Assembly (NCBI RefSeq): GCF_009914755.1
Contig: NC_060942.1
Origin: the human T2T-CHM13v2.0 reference genome, Homo sapiens
Strand: one strand, 5' to 3'
Length of the DNA stretch: 64,000 nucleotides
Shown here: piece after piece, positions 1 to 11,910 of the stretch
How positions within the stretch are numbered: the stretch's first letter is position 1
How the letters are laid out: every line of letters starts with the position of its first letter
The notes under the pieces: model-generated
Seen by the model: the letters and a program-made list of their open reading frames with translations, nothing else
Told to the model about the DNA's origin: nothing
Databases searched by the model: none
Position numbers and translations under genes: made by a program

Positions 1-90
1 TCCTGGTTTATTTCACTTAATGTCCTCCAGGATCATCCATGTTGTCACAAATGACAAGATTGGCTGAATAGTACAATTACTATGTATACA
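1..90 (-). mobile_element. Old LINE-1 (L1MA/MB-type) 3' fragment, cut by window edge
   Basis: ttatttcacttaa..tgtcctccagg.tcatccatgttgtcacaaatgaca..ggctgaatagta resembles the antisense of the L1M ORF2-end/3'UTR. Confidence 0.7.
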
Positions 91-184
91 TTTTAAAAAA
101 GGAAAAAAGAAAATGGTTTAGAGCTGTAGTTTCCAAAATGAGCTCCATGAAGTGTTAAGTGTATGTGAACTCCTCATATATTGA

Positions 185-690
185 GTCAATGTCTTCTCAG
201 CACCTGCTATGTGCCTGACAAGAAATGAAACAAAGTGATCACCTTGTGAATGTAATGTTCTGTTAAGGGACTCAGATCTCAAAGTAACACATATATATAA
301 TATGTCAAATTATGATAAGTACTAGGAAGAACTAGCCTAGGAGGATAGATCACAATGGTATGAGGGATGCCATTTTATACAGGATATTCTGAGAAGGCCT
401 TTCACATAAGAGGTTATTTGAGCAGAGATGTAACGCAAGATGAAGGAGCCGTGGGGCTATCAAGTAACTAAGAAGAGCAAACTCAAAGACAAGGAGGTGT
501 TGATGTCCTTGGTAAATTGTAGGGAGGTCAAAGAGTCCAGTGTGGCTTGAGAGGAAAGGAGAAAGATAGATGATGAAGCCAAAGATGTTTGGAGTGTGGG
601 AGGCTTACTGACATGGCAAGGACTTTGGTGTTTGTTTTGAAAGAGGAGGGTTGTCAATGGAGGATTGAGAACAAAGAAGTAAAGTGTCAT
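185..690 (-). mobile_element. L2 (L2a-like) fragment
   Basis: agcacctgctatgtgcc..., gagaaggcct, atttgagcagaga, ccagtgtggctt.gag, atggcaaggactttgg are typical antisense L2 3' motifs. Confidence 0.7.
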
Positions 691-2174
691 TCAATGATCA
701 CTAGTCATTATTATGTGTAATTTCAAAGTGTTAATTTTATATTAAATACATATTAAAATGTATATAACATATGTATTATTGGACCTATTGGATATTTATT
801 ACAAATTAAACAAGCATCAAATTTTGAACATTTTTCTTAGCAATTAAATTCCATATCCATATTATACTCCCTACTTACGTTTTATAAATACATTGTACAT
901 TTCAAGGTATATCAGGAAAAAATCTATTTGTGAAAGTCTGATCAAGAGAAATGACTTGATTCTTTCACTGAGCATCTACAATTTACCAGGTATAAGCTTA
1001 AGGATAGAATTCAGAGAAGAAAAGCGTGTGAACTTATGTTCAATTTGCTTATTTTTTTTTTCAGGTAAACAGGATTTTTGAAATGTAAAAATATATGATA
1101 GAGTTTGAGGAAAAATAGATTAAGTACGTACAAGTTATAAGGACAACTCTAAGTATTAACAGGTTGGCAAAGTCCCAATTGAGAAAATTTCATGGAACAG
1201 TTTCTACAGATATGATGCATGAGCTGAGTTTTGAAAAGCAAATGGGAGTTTTAGGGGTAGACAAACTGGGTGAGTGCATTAAAGTAGTAGGAATGGCCTA
1301 TGCAATTATATTGATTTGCAAATCAGGAGAGCTCTAAGTAGCTGCATTCCAACATTCAGTTTGCTCTTTCATCTATTAAGTGTAAAGCAGCTTGGAAAAA
1401 TACAGTAGGGAGTGGTGGGACCTATGATGAACTGGAAGGTTTAAAATCATCTTAAATAAGTATAAATATATTTATTATGCCATACATACACACACACTCT
1501 CTGTGCATACATGCACATATATACACTTTGCAATAACCAGATGGAATGCATCATTAGGCCAGATTTATTATATTTGCTAATTTGTGTCATCAATTTTGGT
1601 GTAAAGTTTGAGGAAAGTAGTAGCTAGTAATAGATTGGTAGGCAATTTAGGTTACTCTATTATGATAGTTCAGTGAAAGATGACAAATTTACAGATGTAG
1701 TAGTAAGAATATTGAATATTTTTGCATCATCATTGAGGTAAAAAAGACAGAATTTGCTGAGTGATATATGTAGGACAGGATGAATATGGAGAAATATAGA
1801 GTGAGTTTTTTTATTTAGAGGCATAGGAGGGTGTGACAACAGCAACAATCACCGAGCTAGGGGAGAAAGATCAGTGTTAGGAAGAATTAATGTGAGACTT
1901 GCTGTCTCCTGTCTGCTTCCAGAATTCACAAATCTTTTCCTAGATCTTTGAATATTAAATTTGATTTTATAACATTTGTATGATAAGAGAAAATATATGT
2001 GATATTAGAAATATCACAGTGTTTGAGTTTTGTTGTATCAAGGTCACGTCAGTCACAAAATCAATAACTTTCCAAATTCTGAAATTGAATAAGTTAGAAA
2101 ATATGATTGTATACAATGTTACTTCTCAAGAAGTTTTTATGATAGTTACAAAAATCAAAAGCTTATAGTACATA

Positions 2175-2310
2175 AAGCTAGAAGTGTCCTTGGAAATCGT
2201 CTAAGCCTATACACATGTTTTATAGCTGAGAAAACCAAGACACAGAAATTCGGTTGACTTGCTCAAGATTGGGCAGCTAATTAGTAGCAGAATCATATAA
2301 TTTAAACCCT
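2175..2310 (-). mobile_element. MIR fragment
   Basis: ttttatagctgagaaaaccaagacacagaaa..gacttgctcaag..cagctaattagtagcagaa matches the antisense MIR core. Confidence 0.65.
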
Positions 2311-5300
2311 AAGGAAAGAATCTAAGTAAACATAACAAACTTACTAAATATTTTATTAATGTGGATTTAAGAAAATAGGGGGTATACGATACCATGAAAT
2401 GATGGCCAGAAATTTCCCTTGGAGCATACATTTTTATTCAACGCATGTGACAAAATAATTCTGCTGCATACATAGGTCTAAAGGTAATTTTCACTATATG
2501 TTCATATCTATGTTTGGCATGGTCAGGTTCCAATAGGCCTAAAACCTGTTTTTTCTTTAATTAATTTAGAAAACATAATACCACATGCATGGCTTAAATT
2601 ATAAATAACTTGACAGCAATGATTTTTTTTTTTTTTTTTACATTCTGGTGGATAGCACAGAGACAAACATGTAAGCTGGGTAAAAAATCTTTTTAAAATT
2701 GTGAAACAAAATGTTGATTACAAACATTCTATGTTAGCTTTTATTGTTCGTGTATTGTATTTGACATTTGCTGAAGTGAAATTACTTCGCAGCTGATCAA
2801 CGCAGAACAAACAATTCTATTTCTCTTATAGTTGTGATAAATCTGCCTCTGCAATAGTTTATTTTTTCTTGATGGATAGTTAATTCACATTCTGTAAGTT
2901 TATGAAGTCTGTTCCACAGACAGTCATCTGGATTAACTTCTGTTAATTACCACTGAAATGTTGGATTTTCGGCATAAACTGTGAAAAGATCCTTTAGAGA
3001 ATATATGAAAAATGACTTCGCAGCTTTTGCTCCTGCCAAACCCTTTGATTCTGTGGTGCAACATTTAGCCTCTTTGTAATATAATTTTCTACTTTGAAAT
3101 GTCACTTGCCAAATACCAATCTAGCTCCCCTTACCCTACATCCAAAAATCATGCCATAAATGTCACATATGATAAGAAATTGATTACTTGGATTTGCGAG
3201 TAGGCTTGGTGAAAAATCTCAGAGATACAATATTATGTTCACTCCATGCAACTGTTTATATGTTTTGCAAAATAATTCTGTTTCCATAATGTGCACTATA
3301 CCCACGGATCTCTGTTATTTCAATGTGGTTATGTATGATTCAGGTGAGCTTTCATATAAGCTGAGAACCCTATATTTAAATTGTAGTTCAGCTGAAACTT
3401 AATCTAAATCATATCCTATTTTTGACAGTGATTATTGGTATAAACTATTGAACAAATTATCACTTTATTTTTCTACAATACTGATTGACTTTCGAAATCT
3501 TTCGGAAGTAAATAACACTGTAAAGTATGACCTATTCAGAGGTCAATTGCTATTCTCCAAAGAGTGACTTTAAGTTATTTAAACCTCCAGGGATCCTGAA
3601 ATAGACTGTAGTATAAAATATTTCAGTGGTGCAATTTTCTGTCAATAAAATCCTACACTCTTACTAAGTCAAACAAACCCAAAACAAAAAAAGCAAAAAG
3701 CTAGCAGTTTGCTGAGTTTATACATTTCTGTCATATTGCTGAATACATACCATTCCGAAAAAAGATCTCTTGATCTAGTTTTATACAGTTTTCATATGGC
3801 TTGATTCTATCTTCTCTTTTCGAGATGAGGTAGCAGTATAAGAAATGATTTGTATGTATGAAATGCTTTGTGAATCTCAACTGCCTGCTGCACTTGAATT
3901 ATACTCTAATTTTAAGTCATTGCATTTCAAAAGTATCATTACCTAAACTCTATTTAGTAACAGAAAAATATCTTTCATTTAGAACAATCTCATTAGTTTT
4001 TTTTCCTGATTACTCCTTAAAGTCTATATATTGGTGAGTTCTTATCTCTGCAATGTCCTACATTGTTATTTTGTTGATAGTGTACATGAAGCTGGAAACT
4101 CTTCTTCATCATCTCTTCTGAGCTTCAAAATATTGACCTCTTACTAGGGTATCTATTATTGTTTTCATTTTAAATATCCAATAAACATCAAGTACGATGT
4201 GTTTTGTAGGGATAAAAATTTTACTTGGTGGATTTTCTGTCTCAGAGACCTGACAGGTAACGATATCTCATCCACTGATTCTTATTTTGACATCTTGACT
4301 GACATACCCTGAAAAAAAATAGTTGTTACAACTGCTTTCCAAGGTCAGTGAACAATCAATCCAGTTGATACAATATATATCAGACAAAGTGAGTAGAATA
4401 TATTTGCCAAACTCTCATTTTTTTTCTCAACTATGGTTATACTCTTGACTACTACCTCTATTTTTATCTTAAGAGACAACACTTAACATATTAATTTCAA
4501 GAAACGTTTCTGAATTTGGAATCTTATTTTGAATACAGATTATTTCCATTAGCCACTTGAATTAAGAAAAAACTTCTATTCATTGTCTTTATTTGTGAAA
4601 TTCTTATAATGCATTGCTTGCCTCACATGATTCTATTTTGAATTCAATAAATAAATCTACTTGAAAGAATTTTCAAGACTGTCAAACACTATATAAATAC
4701 AAACTGTTGTTATTATTATATTTAAAAACTTTCCAAAATACTGGACAAATCATGAAAAGAAACTATGCTATTTGCTTCCTTTACGGAGTACTAATGAGGG
4801 TTCAGAAAATCTTGATTTATCTGGCTTAGAATTAATATTTTGTGCCTCTTCCTCATCTTCCCTCAATGGATAGTCAATCGATGACTTAGTATTTGTATGT
4901 ATGCATCAAAGGCTTTGGACTGGGCTACATAACTTATGATTGAACTTAAGCAAAGGACTCAAGGAAGTCAAAACATATGCTGCAATAGAATAAACGAAGA
5001 TGGTTTGAGGATGGCCACTGACTGCAGTAAAGGGAAGGAAGAAATGCCCCATAGGACCCAGATAAAATGAACTCCTGAGACTGTTTGAAATTTTTGGTTC
5101 TTACCAGTGCTTACTTACAGCGAAGAGATGTAGTGAGATCTAAGTAATTTCTGTAGTTAGTTTTAAGGAGAAAAATGAGCATGGGAGTAGATACTGGGAT
5201 TTGGATGTTAATATCAGGGTCAATAATAAAGTAGTTACATTTGTTGTTTTACACTATTGTTTTTGTTATAGATTATTAATAGCCAGTGGAAAACATTAAG

Positions 5301-5479
5301 TTTTCTGTGGATATGTAAAACGTGAAGGTATACAATTCTCGAATTATATATCATAGTTTTAAATGTTGCTAATCAGAGGGCCTAAACTCTGAAGCTAAAA
5401 CCCAGATGTCTCTCGGAAACTAAGTCATTCTCTGCTATGATAGTATGATTGTTATTTGGTGATTTGTTCTTCAATTCCC

Positions 5480-5650
5480 TAGCTCAGTAATGTTAGACAA
5501 GGTACTTAAAGTCTCTCTACTTCAGTTTGCTCAAATTAAAAGTGATATGATATTAGAACCTCATCCATAGGGTATTATAAGAATAATGAGTTAGTTTATT
5601 TAAAGCAGGTAGGACACAGCACAGCCCATGGTAAACACTACAAAAATGCA
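5480..5650 (+). mobile_element. MIR fragment
   Basis: ttagacaaggtacttaaagtctctctacttcagtttgctca...cctcatccatagggtatt...gtaaacact resembles MIR core and tail. Confidence 0.6.
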
Positions 5651-8308
5651 GCAATGTATAGGAGTATATAGTTGAGATGGTAGTAAAAGTTATTCTGTCT
5701 ACTTCAGAGTGTAAGAAATATTGCTAAAGGTTATTGCTTGACATTTCAGAAATAACATATGCTCTGATTTTTTGTTTAATTTTCCCGATAGAAGTTTCTT
5801 TTATGTTATATGAAATTACCTGTTTCACTAGTAGCTTAGAGAAGTTATTCTAAATAAACATATAGGTAAATTATTTAACCTAGATATCAATTAATTACTT
5901 TCTTTTCTTTCTTTTTTTCCTGTCTGACCATTGTTTTTAAATTATAGGATGCCTCATGGGTACATATTTCCACTCTTGTTAAATGATATCCCTGTTTTAT
6001 GATATCCACATCAAATGATAAATATATGAAGTTTGAAATCTCAACAATACTGAGATTTCAAATCTCGACAATCTCAACAATGCCTCATATCTGAGAGGAA
6101 TGGCTTTAAATAAAATAACCCTTACTCAAATGAAAAATATGAGAATTGAAAATTACTAAATAACATAAAAACAACTTAAGAAGCTCTAGATGAATTTATA
6201 TTAATGGACTTACTAACTTAAATCTGAAATAATATAATATTTTGTGAGTAATGCATAATCAAATTGTAAATTTACAATAATATTTAAAGGGATATAAAAA
6301 ACTATTTGAAATAATCACTAATGTTCAAGGACTGGCATATTTCTGGCAAAAAATAACTGTCAATATTTATCTCACTGCTTGAAAGGAGTTATTAAAAGGG
6401 CTCAAGATAATTTCATCTAATGCCGAGTGAGATTTTTTCAGCTGAAAGAGAGTTGGCAAGAAATGTCAGCAACAACTGTACATACAAAACTGAATCCACT
6501 TGGGTTTGAATGAACTCCCCATGTAGTCTGCATCTTGCCTGTGGGAAGGCTTTAAATAAGGTAAGAACTTCAGTGAAACTTACTGTCAGAGTCCAAAACA
6601 AAAGCCACTGAAATAACTAGAAAGAAAGAGCCTAGTAATAAATAATGTTTTATTATTGATTCTGATACCTGATATTCATGACACTAGGTTTTGTTTGCCC
6701 TATACTATAATTATCTTTTCTTAAAGATATGGAATGTTATCTTTCTTATGATTTCCCTTATATAAGAAGTATCTCAAACATTTCTTGTAGTTCTTAGTAT
6801 TTGTTGAATAAAAAAATTCCAAGTGAAAACTATTGAAATACAGGGAAAATTATGCTCAGACTTCCACAGAGCCAGAGAAGACATCACCCAACTAAATCCA
6901 TGTTAGCCCACAGTTCCTCCCAAAACAGTGCAGAAAAAAAGAAGAAAACCAAAAAAAATAAATATGAAAAGTAATATGCTCAAATACAGAAAATCCCCAA
7001 ATTAAAAATAGCTATAAATTAAAAAGAAAAAACTAGTCACCAAATCTCAGCAAGTAACAGCCACACTATATCTATAGCAAATATTTATAGATATGTTGTG
7101 CACACACATACTCACACATACACATACAATGCACATACATACATGAATATATTTTCCAACTCTGAGAGTTCCGAAAGGTGAAAACATCCCATTGTCACTG
7201 AGCAAACATTACACACAGATTTTTGCTTCTAAGTATTATTCTCTTCTAAAAGGTATGCAGGTATCCTTGTAGATATGGCTGATTCTAAGACTAAAACATG
7301 GAAACTATAAGATGTACTTAGAATATTTTGTGGTGTTAGGAAGTAAAAAACAAGCTCAGAAAATGATGAGGACATGTAAAAAGAACCTAAGGGCTAGCTT
7401 GAAGTCTCTCCCATTGACCAAATTTGGAACAATTTGACGAATAAAAATCATAATAATAGTAATGGAATATAACACACAGAATATAATGAAAATCAAGGAT
7501 TCAATGCTGAAGTGAACCAATACATGAATAAATGGGGAAAATGAAGAGCTCTTACTGTAGAATGTCAAGTAATAAATGTAAAAAGAATCATGGAATTAGA
7601 AAAAATTGCCATTTGTTTGCAATCACAAGAGTAATAGATTCAGACAAGAATATCAATGGATAATGGGCAAAAGTATGACAACAAACTGAATATTCACTTG
7701 ATAACATCTCTTCATAAGATGCTTATTAATTGCAAAGAAAAAAATAGTAAATTTGTAGTGGAGAAACCTGGCAGACACAACCTTAACTGCAGATTTAAAA
7801 TGTACATTATCAGCAATGGGACAAATCAATACCAGATGCCTCCTAATAAGAAATACTGAGAAACACACATTATCATACCTGTTATATTCCTACAAAAATT
7901 TTATAATGTGCATCTAATAGTTAGAAACCATTAGTCAAACTCAAAATAAAGGACAGTCAACAAGATAATTGGCCTGATCTCTTTAAATATGTAAGGTAAT
8001 ACTAAGTCTGACAGAAATGAAAACTAAAGATAACATGCCACTCTGTATTGAATTCTGGAACAGGAATGGACGTTAGTGGTAGAATTGGCAAAATCTGATT
8101 AAAAGATTTAGATTAGACAATGCTGCTTTATCAGTGTTATTTTCCTCCTTTTAATAACTGGATTCTGGCTGTGAAAGAAATGTCCTATTTTTAGAAATAT
8201 ACTGAATTTATAAACACACTGAAATATTGAGAAGTAAAGGGGTATTTAAATGTAAAATCTGCAACTTACTTTCAAAAAAAGTATTAAAAAAAAAACAAAA
8301 CACACAAA

Positions 8309-8706
8309 TATCTTAGCCAGTTTTGTGCTGCTGTAACAGAATAATATAGATGGGTAATTTATAAACAATAACAATCCATTTCTCACAATTCTGGAGGCTG
8401 AGAAGTTCAAGATCAAGGTGCTGGCAGATTGTGTCTGGTGAGGATCCAGTCTTTGCTTCCAAGATGGTGCCTTGAATGATGAACTCTCCAGAGAGGAGGA
8501 ATCCTGTGTTCTCACATGGTAGAAGAGTGGAAGACTGGAGAGAGAGCTCGTTCCTGGAAATCCTTTTAATAAGGATTTAAATCTACAGATCAGGATGGCG
8601 CCTTCAGGTCCAAAAACCTTGTAAAGGCCTCACCTCTAACTACAGTTACAATGGCAATTCAATTTCAACATGAGTTTTAAAAGGGACAAATATGCAAAGT
8701 ATAGCA
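8309..8706 (-). mobile_element. MaLR solo LTR (MLT1A/MSTD-like)
   Basis: tcttag...gctgctgtaacaga, ttctggaggctgagaagttcaagatcaaggtgctggcagatt, ttccaagatggtgccttg, ends tatagca. Confidence 0.8.
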
Positions 8707-8749
8707 CACAGACAAAAAATAGATGATAGAGATGACACATGATAGGTAA

Positions 8750-8750
<1 letters not shown>

Positions 8751-8802
<52 letters not shown>
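8751..8802. repeat. (TAGA)13 tetranucleotide STR
   Basis: Perfect 52-nt run counted directly; explains the YLSI-repeat ORFs. Confidence 0.95.
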
Positions 8803-8803
<1 letters not shown>

Positions 8804-10701
8804 GATGGATAGAGAGACAGAAAGTGAAGAGCATGATAAAGCATGTATGAAGAAAATGTTAACATTCATGAAATTTAGGGGGAAAGATATGACAATACTT
8901 TGTACTATTTTTGTGCTATGTACTTTTTACTATGCTAGTCTGAAAATATTTCAAAAATATATATATATATATATAAAGTGTGTCTTCCCAAACTCTTGCT
9001 CAGTTCAACCTTAACTGGAAGATATACATTCTGATAATTAAATGTTACAATGTGAGAGTTATAAACCATGTATCCTATTTGTTTCCTTATTTTATTACCA
9101 CTTTGTGATATGAAGTGTTATGATACCATTGAAAAATAATTAGAAAAGTATTATTTTTAAAAAAATTGGCCAATCTAATAGGGCAAGCAAAAGCGAATCT
9201 GAAATTTGTCACAACTAATGCTTATTCCTTAGCACGGAACAGGGAAATTAGTATCTTTAACAATATTGAATTGTCAGAGAAAAAAATTGCTTTGACGGAT
9301 TTCACTATTTCGGAGATAAAGCTTGAAACACTGGGACTATATAGAAAAGAGAGAGGAAAGGGACAGAAAGGAGGTGGCTTCTTGTCCAGTGATGGGAGGC
9401 AATGTCTTCATAGATTATGGACATTGCAGACAAACAATGGCTGCATTTACTGGGCTGCTGTATGCACGCTTATAGTGCTTGTAATTGAGGATGATTATGG
9501 TTAATGACTCCAGTAATGTGCACTTTCAAACCAGCAAGACAATGTAATTTGTATCAAACCTATTCAGTATCTCTTTAGGCATTTTGCCTGGTTTAATCTT
9601 AGCCCAGCACTGGCTACAGAGGGATTCTCTGGAAGCTTCACAGCTGGCTCAAATTAAAGATATCATGCCCTCCCCGACCCCCAACCCCTTCAGTATATTC
9701 AGAAGTAAATAAAGCTGTTTGAGTCTTCCTATCAGTTGGAAGGCTCAGGGCCTGTCATAGTTTAATGTGACAGGAGGAAGATCTTTAGTACTGAAGGCAC
9801 TAGGTTTTAGTGTGCAGATAGAAAGCAGAACATCTGTCTGAAATTCACTGATGAGGCGCTAGCCAACAACAGCTACACTTCTTGGTAAGAGGAAGCCGTT
9901 TTTACATTTTAACGTAGTGTGAAACATAACATTCTGTGATGTTATGAGATTTCTCAAAAGATAAGGAAGAAATAGTTAATAGAGAAATATGTGCATTCTC
10001 TATTTCTACAGCTACCAGGAGGAAATACCTGGTAACCAAATTGCTTATGGAATCAATTCAGGAATACATTCTATTTAGAAGCTAGCCTATTATTCTTAAA
10101 GCTAGTGCTAGATAAATTATGTAAATGAAAACCTTTTTAATTTTTACCTATGAGGTTAAGAGACATAAACATGCTTTTCTCTTTTTTCTTTTTTTTTTTT
10201 GTTTATTGTCATTTCAGGGAGGGTTAAGGGGAAATTTCTAAACACTTGTGTCTGTAATTTTCAGACTCTTTTCACAAATACTGAAGCATGACAGAGTCGT
10301 TTACACAAACGAGACAGAAAAATATGTGAGGGGCCTAAGGCTCAAGATAATTATAATTCTGACATTAAAAAAAAAAAGCTATTGTGTTCCACTTCTCTGT
10401 TTTGTAAGTTGAGTTTTTCTTTCCATGCAAGAGAATGCAAACCACTGCATTTTGTCAGTTCCAGAGGCAACATTTCAGTCTAAACAAAAACGCCTGTCAA
10501 TGTTAACAGTAAGACAAGGTTGAAAAGTGAAGTTAAAGTTCACGCATATTGTGGTCTCAGTGCTAGGTAAATGGCACGGGGAATGATTGACATGTTAAAA
10601 AAAACAACAGCTTTTGGATGGCAAGTAGTTATAAGCAAAAGAGAAATGTGAATAACTCAGGTGATTGTGATGCCATGAGATTTTTCATTCATAAATGTAA
10701 A

Positions 10702-10858
10702 GGTGCATGTCTATATCCCCAGCTACTTGGGATGCTGAAACAGGAGGATCTCTTGAACTCAGGAGGCTGTAGTGTGCTATGATTGCACCTGTGAATAGCC
10801 AATGCACTCCTGCCTAGCCAACAAAGCAAGACCATATCTCTTAAAAAGAAACAAAAAA
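10702..10858 (+). mobile_element. FAM (fossil Alu monomer)
   Basis: Monomeric Alu with the 7SL-derived segment ggctgtagtgtgctatgattgcacctgtgaatagcca that dimeric Alus lack; short A tail. Confidence 0.8.
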
Positions 10859-11499
10859 GTTTGCTAAATTTTATTTTTTAGAGTATTTACAAATCAAACT
10901 GGTATCCTCTCAAATGTTTACTTATGTGTTATAAACTTTAAAATTTTTGACAAGTACCTCACATCACATTGTGGATTATGCTATCAAGTTCCTGTAACAA
11001 ATAATTTTCAATGTAAAAATACAGTTGTTTTATTTCAAATGCCTCGAGTTAAATTGACGATAAGTGACATCTTGTCTAGCATGGAAATGCTTTTGTTCCT
11101 TTTATGAAACTAATTTTAAAACGTAATTTGGTATAAAGACTTATTGGCAGGATTTACCAATTTCACCAGTTGACTGAAAAAAAAATCTTATAAAATCAGA
11201 TAAAATATAAATATGTTGTTTTTCAGTTTTCTTTCTGTATCACATTCTTAAGAAAATTAGTTCAAAAATGCTACAATTTTTGAAAGTAAAAGGACACCTA
11301 TTATAATACAGTATAAAATAAAACATGTAATTTTTGGACTGGTAGTAATTCAGCTAATCTATGTAGTCTGTGAGAGATTTATAAATTCAAACTCTCAAAA
11401 TATTAAAAGTATGACTATCAGTCCCCTAGTACCTCTTCTAATAATTCCCTAATCTTTCTCCAACATTTTGATGGTCATTCCATTTTGACTTCTCTATAT

Positions 11500-11910
11500 G
11501 AGTGTCAGTGACTAATACTCTGGATTAGCTCACAGTATGGAGCATTAAAACTACATATCCCAGATTCCTTTGTAGCTGGTGCCCTGCACGTGACCAGGAA
11601 TTTAGTAGCAGATGCACCAGTGTGGGAACTGGGAAGGGGAAGGTCTTTCACAAACATGATCATGCAGGCATTTCATTTTTCTTTCCTATACAGCTGTGGG
11701 ATAGATCCTGGCTTTGTGGCTCTTGACTAGCAAGCAGCAGTAGTAGGATTTCTGCTGAGTCAGTCCTGTGATATAGTTAGGCGTTTTTCTGGCTTCCTTG
11801 TTTTAGGTTATATAATTTATAAGTTGAAATGTCCTGTAATAAGCCAATTTTTATTTAAACCAGCTGGTGTAGACTCTGTAGTCTGAATCTTAAAAACCTT
11901 ATTAATAATA
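11500..11910 (+). mobile_element. ERVL LTR (LTR33-like)
   Basis: aaaactacatatcccagattcctttgtagctgg..cagatgcac and 3' ttaaaccagctggtgtagactctgt resemble LTR33. Confidence 0.6.

Larger units (their letters stand above)
7150..8960 (+). mobile_element. L1MC4/5-like 3'UTR, interrupted by a MaLR LTR and a GATA STR
   Basis: gtagtggagaaacctggcagacac.accttaac, aatgggacaaatcaa, ctgcaacttactttcaaa and terminal ctgaaaatatttcaaaa are L1MC 3'-end motifs. Confidence 0.65.

Noticed and set aside
8636-9014. Overlapping ORFs with YLSI repeats
   Set aside because: Translation of the (TAGA)n microsatellite
9166-9504. 112-aa ORF
   Set aside because: TTG start, no recognisable domain, length compatible with chance
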